Assembly: GCA_021773365.1 (NCBI GenBank)
Contig: JAJFKF010000063.1
Coordinates: 3,576 to 67,575 of the forward strand
DNA: 64,000 bases
Direction: 5' to 3'
From: Gammaproteobacteria bacterium
GTDB taxonomy: Bacteria; Pseudomonadota; Gammaproteobacteria; Steroidobacterales; Steroidobacteraceae
The notes under the pieces: generated by a model
The model's database searches: none
Seen by the model: only the letters and a program-made list of their open reading frames with translations
What the model was told of the DNA's origin: nothing
Program-made: the position numbers and the translations under genes
Shown: one piece after another, positions 56,713 through 64,000 of the stretch
Numbering within the stretch: the stretch's first letter is position 1
How the letters are laid out: every line of letters begins with the position of its first letter

Positions 56713-57720
56713 CTAGCCCGGAAAGCCGATCATCCGGCCGCCATCCTCGTCCCAGAGTTTCATGCGCGCGCATCTGAGGCTGGAGCGCAGCGTCAGGTGC
56801 GGCGCGGAGCGCAACAGCGGGCTGGATTCAAATGCTGCCCGCAGGTGGTAGTTCGGAATGCGCGGCGCCAGGTGATGGATGTGGTGGTAGCCGATGTTGC
56901 CGGTAAACCAGTGCACCACCTGCGGCAGATTGTAGTAGGAGCTACCGGCCATCGCGGCATGGTGCGAATCCCAGCGCTCCGCGCGCGACCAGTAGGCGTG
57001 CTCGAAGGTATGCTGCACGTAGAACAACCATACGCCCATGACGCCGGCGATCATCACGATGGGCAGGTGCGTGAGCAGAACCGTTTGCCAGCCGATCAAC
57101 GTGCCAAAGACCAGGCCGGCCGCCAGCAGCGTCAGGTTGTTGAGCAGCACGCTGGCCCATTCCTTTCTCCAGGTCAGCGGCAGGTCGAAGGGCAGCCGAT
57201 GTTTGATCACGAACTGATATACAGGGCCGATGAGCAGCAGCACCGGCATGCTGCGATACATCCGGTAGCACAGGCGCTGCAGCCAGGGGCGGGCCCGGTA
57301 CTCCCGCAGGGTCAGGGTGTGTACATCACCGAACTCGCGGTGGTCGAGGTTGCCCGAGGTGCCGTGATGCACGGCATGGGTCTTTTTCCAGTAGCTGAAG
57401 GGAAACAGGGTCACCAGGCCCAGGCAGGCGCCTACCCAGTGATTCGCTCTGCGGCTGGCGAAATAGGAGCCATGGCCGCAGTCGTGCTGGATGATAAACA
57501 GCCGCACATACATGCCCGCCGCGGGCAGCAGCAGTAGCAGCGTCCAGCCCAGCCCCCAGTCCGCGGCGATGCTCCAGGCCGTCAGCGTCCACAGGGCGAG
57601 GAATGGCACCAAGGTATTGGTCATCTGCCAGAGTGCCCTGCCCAGGTGCGGTCGGGCGAAATCCGCACACAGGGCACGGAGGCTCTTCGGCAGAGCCGGG
57701 TTCAGTGCAGCTGCATTCAT
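56713..57720 (-). CDS. membrane fatty-acid desaturase
   Basis: ATG 57720 ([14 protein letters not shown]). Three His boxes: HDCGH, HAVHH and HHIHH. Confidence 0.85.
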   Translation of the reverse strand: MNAAALNPALPKSLRALCADFARPHLGRALWQMTNTLVPFLALWTLTAWSIAADWGLGWTLLLLLPAAGMYVRLFIIQHDCGHGSYFASRRANHWVGACLGLVTLFPFSYWKKTHAVHHGTSGNLDHREFGDVHTLTLREYRARPWLQRLCYRMYRSMPVLLLIGPVYQFVIKHRLPFDLPLTWRKEWASVLLNNLTLLAAGLVFGTLIGWQTVLLTHLPIVMIAGVMGVWLFYVQHTFEHAYWSRAERWDSHHAAMAGSSYYNLPQVVHWFTGNIGYHHIHHLAPRIPNYHLRAAFESSPLLRSAPHLTLRSSLRCARMKLWDEDGGRMIGFPG

Positions 57721-57884
57721 CAGGGAATCCGTTGGCGGTGAGATCAGAAGTCGATGGCAGTTTGGCACCTTAGCAGGGGTGCGTCCATGAACTGCATCAT
57801 CCACGGTACCGGATCAGGAGGCCGCACCTCCATATGCCTGGCCAGGAATCGCCCGCTGGCACCCTTCGAAAATCCGGTTGCCAT

Positions 57885-57906
57885 AAATTAAACGTGCGTT
57901 TAAATT
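57885..57906. promoter_or_regulatory. palindromic candidate TetR operator
   Basis: aaaTTAAACG-tg-CGTTTAAatt. Perfect 7-bp arms at 57888-57894 / 57897-57903, ending 8 nt upstream of the TetR gene's GTG. Confidence 0.5.
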
Positions 57907-57913
57907 ACGCTTC

Positions 57914-58588
57914 GTGAAGAAACGCGCACAGTCAGGGCCTGCGCCCAGGCGGCGGGGACGGCCGGCAGCCCCTGGCATCGATCAGCCCGGCCAGCGGGAA
58001 GGGCTGCTCAATGCGGCCGTGCAGTGCTATGCCCGTACAGGCATGACGGCCGCAAGCGTGCGCCGGATTGCCGCGGCGGCGGGCGTCACGCCGGCGTTGA
58101 TCAACTACTACTTTGGCGGCAAGGAAGGCTTGCGTGAGGCCGTGATTGAGGAGCGACTCATGCCGATGTTCGCTGATCTGCGCGGTCGCCTGGCCAGTGC
58201 GGGTGATGACCCGCATGCCGCTGCGCGGGCGTTTGTTCAGGGCGTTCACGCCATGGTCGCCCGTCACCCGTGGCTGCCCGCACTGTGGGTGCGGGAGGTA
58301 CTGACCGAGGGCGGCGGCCTGCGTGAAATGCTGGTCAAGGTCATATCGCCCGATATGCCCCGAATGCTGGCCGGGCGCTTTGCCGCTGCGCGAGAGTCGG
58401 GCTCGCTCAACAAAAGTCTTGATCCGCGCCTGCTCGTCGTATCCCTGGTGGGGCTGACGATGTTTCCGCTGGCTGCCGCACCGATCTGGCAGCGGGTCTT
58501 CGACGCCGGTGAGGTCGATGCGGCACAACTTGAACATCACACTCTGGCCCTGCTGGAGCAGGGTATGGGAGGCATGAATGGGTGCTAA
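57914..58588 (+). CDS. TetR-family transcriptional regulator
   Basis: 224 aa with N-terminal HTH LLNAAVQCYARTGMTAASVRRIAAAAGVTPALINYYFGGKEGL. Confidence 0.88.
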   Translation: MKKRAQSGPAPRRRGRPAAPGIDQPGQREGLLNAAVQCYARTGMTAASVRRIAAAAGVTPALINYYFGGKEGLREAVIEERLMPMFADLRGRLASAGDDPHAAARAFVQGVHAMVARHPWLPALWVREVLTEGGGLREMLVKVISPDMPRMLAGRFAAARESGSLNKSLDPRLLVVSLVGLTMFPLAAAPIWQRVFDAGEVDAAQLEHHTLALLEQGMGGMNGC

Positions 58589-59561
58589 ATATTCAGTACG
58601 AAGCGCGTTCGTTGTCCTGGGTCTGGTCCTCGCAGGCGGCTGCGCGCAGGAGTCGCCGCCGCTGGTCGGCTCCCTGGAATGGGACCGTATCGCGGTAACA
58701 GCGGAGCTGGCGGAGCCGGTACTGCGCTGGGCGGTTGCGGAAGGGCAGCGTGTGGAGGCAGGCGAGATGTTGCTCGAGCTTGACCCTGCACGGCAGGACA
58801 CTCGTCTCGCCCAGGCGCGGGCGCAACTGTCACAGGTGGAGGCGCGCCTGAGTGAACTGGCCAGCGGCGCCCGCATCGAGGTGATCGATGCCGCGCGCGC
58901 AAACCTCGCTCGTGCCCGGGCTGCGCAGGAGGATGCCGAGCGCGAGTACACGCGGGTCGATGCCGTGCGCAAACAGGAACTTGTTTCCGCCGCCGCGCTC
59001 GACCAGGCGCTTGCCGTGCGCAATCAGCGCCGGGCCGAAACGCGGGCCGCCGAGGCGCAGCTGCGAGAACTCACGGCGGGAACGCGGCCCGAGCAGATCG
59101 AACAGGCCGCTGCGGCCGTCGATGCCGCCCGCGCGGCGGTGCGCCAGGCGGAGTTGACGCGCCAGCGCCTCACCGTACGTGCGCCGCGGGCCGGCAGGGT
59201 GGATGCACTGCCGTTCAAACCCGGCGATCAACCACCGATGGGTGCGGAAGTGGCCAGCCTGCTGGTGGGCGAGGCGCCTTACGCCCGCGTGTTTGTCTCC
59301 GCGCAGCGCCGTCCGGCCTTTGCGCCGGGTGACGCCTTCGACGTGCAGGTTGAAGGCGTGCAGCAGAAATTTCCGGCAATCCTGCGCAGCATCCGCAACG
59401 AAGCGAGCTTTACACCGTACTACGCGCTGGCTGGCGATGATGCCAGCCGGCTGGTGTATCGAGCAGAGCTGGTGCTGCAGGGCGCGGACGCCGCGCAGTT
59501 GCCTGCCGGTCTGCCGCTGACTGCCACGCCACAAGACGCGTCCGGCGATGCAGGAGAGTGA
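58578..59561 (+). CDS. HlyD-family membrane-fusion/secretion protein
   Basis: 327 aa with a lipobox-like LAGGC, a coiled-coil region rich in A/R/E/Q, and a beta-barrel C-terminus. Overlaps the neighbouring genes on both sides. Confidence 0.85.
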   Translation: MGAKYSVRSAFVVLGLVLAGGCAQESPPLVGSLEWDRIAVTAELAEPVLRWAVAEGQRVEAGEMLLELDPARQDTRLAQARAQLSQVEARLSELASGARIEVIDAARANLARARAAQEDAEREYTRVDAVRKQELVSAAALDQALAVRNQRRAETRAAEAQLRELTAGTRPEQIEQAAAAVDAARAAVRQAELTRQRLTVRAPRAGRVDALPFKPGDQPPMGAEVASLLVGEAPYARVFVSAQRRPAFAPGDAFDVQVEGVQQKFPAILRSIRNEASFTPYYALAGDDASRLVYRAELVLQGADAAQLPAGLPLTATPQDASGDAGE

Positions 59562-60495
59562 TTCCAGCGCGGCGATCAGGGCGCGTGGACTGACGCGTCG
59601 CTTCGGTGATCTGGTTGCCGTCGACGGCATCGATCTGACGGTGCGTCGCGGCGAGGTCTACGGCTTCCTGGGTCCGAACGGCTCCGGCAAATCGACGACC
59701 ATTCGCATGCTGTGCGGGTTGCTGCTGCCCAGCGCAGGCGAGATCGACGTGCTGGGGCTCAGCATTCCCCGCGACGCCGAGGCGCTGAAGCTGCGCATCG
59801 GCTACATGACGCAGAAGTTCTCGCTGTACGAGGACCTGACGGTCAATGAAAACCTGGCGTTCCTGGCCGCGGTGCATGACGTGCCCCGTGCCGAGGCGCG
59901 CCGTCGCATCGATGAACTGCTGGAGCGGTACTGGCTGGTCGATCGGCGCGGCCAGCTTGCCGGCACTTTGAGCGGTGGGCAGAAGCAGCGCCTGGCACTG
60001 GCCGGCACGGTGCTGCACAAGCCCGATCTTCTGTTTCTGGATGAACCCACCAGTGCCGTCGATCCACAATCGCGACGCGACTTCTGGGAATCACTGTTTG
60101 AGCTGGCCGATGCGGGCACCACGCTGCTGGTCTCCACCCACTACATGGATGAGGCCGAGCGCTGCATGCGTCTGGCCATTCTCGATGAGGGGCGCATCGT
60201 TGCCGACGGCACGCCGCGCGAACTGCTGGACAACCTGCCCGGGCGCACGTTGCTGGTCGAAAGTCCGCAGCCGCGACGCGCGCAGCAGGCGCTGCAGGGA
60301 TTCACCGGCGTGATCGCGCTGGCGCAGGTGGGTGCATCGCTGCGCGTACTGGCCAAAGATGGCGATGAGCTGGAGCGCAGGATCGACGCCCATCTGCGCG
60401 AGGCCGGAATTGAGGCGCAGGTGCGGCCGGCGCCGCCGAATCTCGAGGATGTGTTTGTCGTCGCAACGCATGATCCGGATGGAGCGCGGACATGA
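59548..60495 (+). CDS. ABC transporter ATP-binding protein
   Basis: Walker A GPNGSGKST, signature LSGGQKQRL, Walker B LLFLDEPTS. Confidence 0.92.
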   Translation: MQESDSSAAIRARGLTRRFGDLVAVDGIDLTVRRGEVYGFLGPNGSGKSTTIRMLCGLLLPSAGEIDVLGLSIPRDAEALKLRIGYMTQKFSLYEDLTVNENLAFLAAVHDVPRAEARRRIDELLERYWLVDRRGQLAGTLSGGQKQRLALAGTVLHKPDLLFLDEPTSAVDPQSRRDFWESLFELADAGTTLLVSTHYMDEAERCMRLAILDEGRIVADGTPRELLDNLPGRTLLVESPQPRRAQQALQGFTGVIALAQVGASLRVLAKDGDELERRIDAHLREAGIEAQVRPAPPNLEDVFVVATHDPDGART

Positions 60496-61583
60496 ACCTG
60501 CGCCGGCTGGGTTCCATCGTGGTCAAAGAATTGTTGCAGCTGCGCCGCGACCGGCTCACCTTCGCCATGATCGTCGGCATTCCCACCATGCAGCTGGTGC
60601 TGTTCGGTTTCGCCATCAATCTCGATGTGCGTCATCTCGATGCAGCCGTGTTCGACCAGGCCGACACGGCCCGTTCGCGCGAACTCATTGCCCAGCTGCA
60701 GGCCACCGACGTCATGGACTTTGCCTATCGTGTCGGTTCGGGGCAGGAGGTGGAGAATCTGCTGCGCGAGGGGCGCATCAGCGCGGCGGTCATCGTGCCG
60801 CTGGATTTCGAGAATCGCCTCGAGCGCGGCGATCGACCGGCGCTGCAGATCGTCGTCGACGGCTCCGAGCAGGTGATCCAGGCCGCCGCGCGCCAGCTTG
60901 CGGCCTTCCCGGTGCATGGAACGCGCGGCTGGACGCGGCAGGTCGCGCCCATAGAGGTAGTGAATTTCTACAATCCCGAGCGCCGCGCAGCGATCAATAC
61001 AGTGCCGGGCCTGGTCGGCGTCATCCTCACCATGACCATGGTGCTGTTCACTGCCGTCGCCCTGGTGCGCGAGCGTGAGCGCGGCAATCTGGAGATGCTC
61101 ATTGCCACACCGGTCTCGCCGTGGGAGCTGACCATCGGCAAGGTGCTGCCCTTTGTCGGTATCGGGCTGGTGCAGGTGACGCTGGTGCTCCTGCTGGGCA
61201 GCTGGCTGTTTGCGGTGCCCATACGCGGGTCACTTGGTGAGTTGTACATCGCGTCGCTGGTGTTCATCGTCGCCAGCCTTGCGTTGGGCGTGTTCCTGTC
61301 CACGCTGGCCAGCAGCCAGTTTCAGGCCATGCAGATGTCGTTCTTCACCTTCCTGCCGCAGATCCTGCTGTCGGGGTTCATGTTTCCCTACGCCGGTATG
61401 CCGGTGGCGGCGCAGTGGTTCGCCGAAATCCTGCCGCTCACGCATTTTCTGCGGCTGGTGCGCGGCATCATGCTGCGCGGCGCGGGGCTGGCGGAGCTGT
61501 GGGGCTCGTTGGCTGCGCTGGGTGTTTTTATCGTGGTTGTGCTGGGTATTGCCGTCTCGCGTGTGCACAAGCGGCTGGACTAG
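60492..61583 (+). CDS. ABC-2 type transporter permease
   Basis: 363 aa with an N-terminal TM, a large loop, then five C-terminal TM helices. Overlaps the ATPase gene's stop. Confidence 0.88.
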   Translation: MNLRRLGSIVVKELLQLRRDRLTFAMIVGIPTMQLVLFGFAINLDVRHLDAAVFDQADTARSRELIAQLQATDVMDFAYRVGSGQEVENLLREGRISAAVIVPLDFENRLERGDRPALQIVVDGSEQVIQAAARQLAAFPVHGTRGWTRQVAPIEVVNFYNPERRAAINTVPGLVGVILTMTMVLFTAVALVRERERGNLEMLIATPVSPWELTIGKVLPFVGIGLVQVTLVLLLGSWLFAVPIRGSLGELYIASLVFIVASLALGVFLSTLASSQFQAMQMSFFTFLPQILLSGFMFPYAGMPVAAQWFAEILPLTHFLRLVRGIMLRGAGLAELWGSLAALGVFIVVVLGIAVSRVHKRLD

Positions 61584-61592
61584 GACAGGCTC

Positions 61593-62201
61593 CTAGGGCT
61601 GTTTGTCCAGGTCGAGATGTCGCCGCCCGTCCCAGCCACCCTGCTTCAGCACCCGCTCGCCCATGGCCCGCGGAGAATCTTCCAGGTCGGTGGCCATCGA
61701 GTCATTCCAGCGATTCAGAAAGCCGTACAAACAGACCGCGCCCAGGATATGTACGGTCTGCTCCTCGCTCCAGTGCGCGCGCATTCTTGCCGCCAGTTCC
61801 GCATCCACCACGTTGGGAACAGCGCCGGCCGCCAGCGCGTAGTCCAGCGCCACCCGTTCCGCTTCGCTGTACAGCGGACTGGTCTGGTAGTCCCACAGCG
61901 CGTCGATCTTCTCCTGCGAAACGCCATGAATCTTCGCGGCCACCAGCGAATGCGCCTCGCAGTACTGGCACCCTGCCGCGCGGCTGCAGAAGTGCGCCAC
62001 CAGTCGCATGAATCCCAGGTCCACACCGCCTTCCGGGTCCATGACCGCCCGGGTCAGCTCGCCGAAGGCCTGCACCATCTTCGGTCGCCGCTGCATGGTC
62101 AACAGGCTGTTGGGTACGAAGCCGAGGATGCGCTCGAACAGGGCGAAGTCCTCGGCCAGTTCCGGGTGAGCCGCCTTGGGCAGGGGTTGCATGTGCGCCA
62201 T
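61593..62201 (-). CDS. AhpD-like / carboxymuconolactone decarboxylase family peroxidase-related protein
   Basis: 202 aa with CxxC in AAGCQYCEAHS. Divergent from a LysR regulator gene. Confidence 0.78.
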   Translation of the reverse strand: MAHMQPLPKAAHPELAEDFALFERILGFVPNSLLTMQRRPKMVQAFGELTRAVMDPEGGVDLGFMRLVAHFCSRAAGCQYCEAHSLVAAKIHGVSQEKIDALWDYQTSPLYSEAERVALDYALAAGAVPNVVDAELAARMRAHWSEEQTVHILGAVCLYGFLNRWNDSMATDLEDSPRAMGERVLKQGGWDGRRHLDLDKQP

Positions 62202-62356
62202 GGGAAACCTCGATCAGTAGCGAAAGCAGGCATGGATTCTAGCGTGGATGCAGGTGTTCGCAGGCAGCGGATTGCAGCCCCGGCGGCAGCTCGCCATGCG
62301 AGGACGCAAGGCGGCACCCGTTGCCAGCGGACTGTATTCCGCTATAAGTTGTCCTG

Positions 62357-63256
62357 ATGTCTGATCGCCTCCCTCCGCTGCTCTGGGTACGGGTATTCGA
62401 AGCCGCCGCGCGGCACGGCAATTTCGTGGCCGCCGCCCGCGAGCTGTCCGTCAGTGCCGGCGCGGTCAGCCGCACGGTCAAGGAACTGGAAGAATTCATG
62501 GGCGTGGAGCTTTTCGTGCGCAAGGCACGCGGAGTGGAGCTCACCGAGACCGCAGCGGCCTATGCGCGCGCCATTGCGCCGGCCATTCGCCAGATCGCCC
62601 AGGCCAGCGCGGAACTGCGCTCCAGCGCGCAGCATCAGTCGCTGCGGGTGACGGCCATGCCGGCGCTGGCCCAGCGCTGGCTGGTGCCGCGGCTGGGGGA
62701 ATTCTACGAGTTGCACCCGGATATCACGGTGATTGTCTCGGCCGAGTCTGCGGTGCTGGATCTGGCCAACAGCGCCTTTGATGTCGCCCTGCGTCATGGC
62801 AGCAGTGAGCCGTCGGGTTGTGAGCTGGTCGAGCTGTTTCGCGAGGAAATGTTTCCGGTGCTCAGTCCGAAACTGGCTGCGAAGCATGCCTTGCAGTCAC
62901 CGCAGGACCTGTTTGGTCTCACCGCCCTGCATGACACCTATTGGGAGTCGGACTGGAGCATATGGCTGAGCGCGCAGGGACTGGAGCCGCCCAAGCGCTG
63001 GCGCAGCCTGTACTTCACGCTGTACACCATGGCGGTGGATGCCGCAGTGGCGGGGCAGGGTGTGCTGGTTGGACATGCGGCACTGATTGAAGACGAACTG
63101 CGTCGTGGCGACCTGGTAGCGCCCTTTGCGCCGCGCGTCAGCTCGCCGAAGCGCTACTACGCAGCAGTACGTTCGGACCGCGCGGCCATGCCGGCGGTGC
63201 GGTCATTTATTGACTGGCTGCGTACCTGTACGCCGCCGGCGGCAGCCGTGGCGTAA
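62357..63256 (+). CDS. LysR-family transcriptional regulator (GcvA-like)
   Basis: N-terminal HTH LRVFEAAARHGNFVAAARELSVSAGAVSRTVKELEEFMGVELF, with a LysR substrate-binding domain. Confidence 0.9.
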   Translation: MSDRLPPLLWVRVFEAAARHGNFVAAARELSVSAGAVSRTVKELEEFMGVELFVRKARGVELTETAAAYARAIAPAIRQIAQASAELRSSAQHQSLRVTAMPALAQRWLVPRLGEFYELHPDITVIVSAESAVLDLANSAFDVALRHGSSEPSGCELVELFREEMFPVLSPKLAAKHALQSPQDLFGLTALHDTYWESDWSIWLSAQGLEPPKRWRSLYFTLYTMAVDAAVAGQGVLVGHAALIEDELRRGDLVAPFAPRVSSPKRYYAAVRSDRAAMPAVRSFIDWLRTCTPPAAAVA

Positions 63257-63292
63257 GTTTCACGGGCTTTGCAGCCCGGGGGGGCGATGACG

Positions 63293-64000
63293 TCAATCCA
63301 CCGAGGCCTCCGGCAGCGGCCCATCCCCCAGCGTATACCCCGCCATCCACCGGTACTGCCGCCACGCCCGATCGAGCTGATGGTAGTACTCGCTCAACCC
63401 GTGCCCCGCACGCGGATACACCACCAGCCGCACCGGTTTGTCGCGCACCTTCAGCGCGCGGTAGTACTCCAGCGCTTGCGCCAGCGGCACGCGTTTGTCG
63501 TTTTCACCGTGCAGGATCAACAGCGGAGTGGTGATGTCGTCGGCATATGTCAGTCCCGAGCGCTCACGGAACAGCGGTGAGGTTTCCTCGTTCGGATAGC
63601 CGCCGAAGAAGGAGCCCAGATAACCTGATATATCCGTGGTGCCGTACATGCTGCGGTTGTTCGATAGGCCTGCGCCCATCATCGCGGCTTTGAAGCGGCC
63701 GGTTTGCGAGACGATCCACGCCGTCATGTAGCCGCCGTAGCTCCAGCCCATCACCGCCAGTTTGTCCTCGTCCGCGATACCGCGGCCGATGAGCGCATCG
63801 ACGCCCGTCATGATGTCGCGATAGTCCCCGCCGCCCCAGTCGGGGATGTTGCCGCGCATGAACTTTTCGCCGTAGTTGGTGCTGCCGCGCGGGTTCGGAT
63901 ACAGCACCGCCCAGCCCTGGCCGGCCCAGAAGTGTGCGTCGCGCTTGAAGCCATTGGTATGGGCGCCTGTCGGCCCGCCATGTACGTCCACCAGCAACGG
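63293..64000 (-). CDS. S9-family serine peptidase (prolyl oligopeptidase/dipeptidyl aminopeptidase type), C-terminal part; gene continues beyond the window
   Basis: Catalytic nucleophile motif GWSYGGYM, with the later D (HGENDKRV) and H (PRAGHGL) of the alpha/beta-hydrolase triad. The frame is open to the window end. Confidence 0.85.
   Translation of the reverse strand, partial: PLLVDVHGGPTGAHTNGFKRDAHFWAGQGWAVLYPNPRGSTNYGEKFMRGNIPDWGGGDYRDIMTGVDALIGRGIADEDKLAVMGWSYGGYMTAWIVSQTGRFKAAMMGAGLSNNRSMYGTTDISGYLGSFFGGYPNEETSPLFRERSGLTYADDITTPLLILHGENDKRVPLAQALEYYRALKVRDKPVRLVVYPRAGHGLSEYYHQLDRAWRQYRWMAGYTLGDGPLPEASVD

Noticed and set aside
56495-56773. 92-aa minus-strand track ORF spanning the deaD/desaturase spacer
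   Set aside because: It overlaps both the deaD end and the desaturase gene end and has an implausible composition. The shorter 39-aa ORF in a different frame has a proper Shine-Dalgarno and is reported instead, at low confidence.
1-64000. CRISPR arrays, rRNA genes, integrases, transposases, prophage structural genes
   Set aside because: I saw no regularly spaced direct repeats, no rRNA-like sequence, and no ORF with tyrosine/serine recombinase or DDE transposase motifs in the six-frame track.

Overview
High-GC proteobacterial chromosome segment, probably gammaproteobacterial. The housekeeping backbone is prfA, divergent from a TPR lipoprotein gene, then lolB, ispE, tRNA-Gln, prs, rplY, pth, ychF and tRNA-Met, which is the order I know from Pseudomonas. 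About 21.4 kb of accessory DNA (23.1-44.5 kb) lies between tRNA-Gln and prs. It starts with a ParDE toxin-antitoxin pair and carries an ECF-sigma/FecR/TonB-dependent-transducer cassette with a TlpA-like redoxin, a UspA-SulP pair and an ECF sigma with a membrane partner. It ends in an AT-richer defence-type block (34.4-43.9 kb) holding a DEDDh exonuclease, AbiEi/AbiEii, an Abi_C-type protein, an 1858-aa helicase-nuclease (DUF4011, Upf1-like SF1 helicase, endonuclease-fold block, DUF3320) and a small TerB-like/BRCT protein. I rank the helicase plus TerB/BRCT pair as the best candidate for an undescribed system. The window holds three paralogous sigma/FecR/STN-TonB-receptor cassettes (6.6-15.3, 23.9-30.1 and 48.4-53.4 kb). 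Two are followed by secreted CXXC redoxins with different fused domains, and one also by an AT-richer zinc metalloprotease gene. A decayed relic of the redoxin gene's 3' end lies just after the metalloprotease gene. Other structural findings are a MoxR module (DUF4350-MoxR-DUF58) separated from, and opposite in orientation to, its usual RDD/DUF95 partners, which are translationally coupled to prfA. There is also a about 200-bp element with terminal inverted repeats between moxR and the DUF58 gene, and a perfect 39-nt palindrome at the truncation point of a DUF4143-type ATPase gene. The right end is ordinary: deaD, a desaturase, TetR-HlyD-ABC-2 exporter genes, an AhpD-like gene, a LysR regulator and a partial S9 peptidase. 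I saw no CRISPR array, rRNA, integrase or transposase. All domain calls come from reading motifs by eye and need HMM confirmation.
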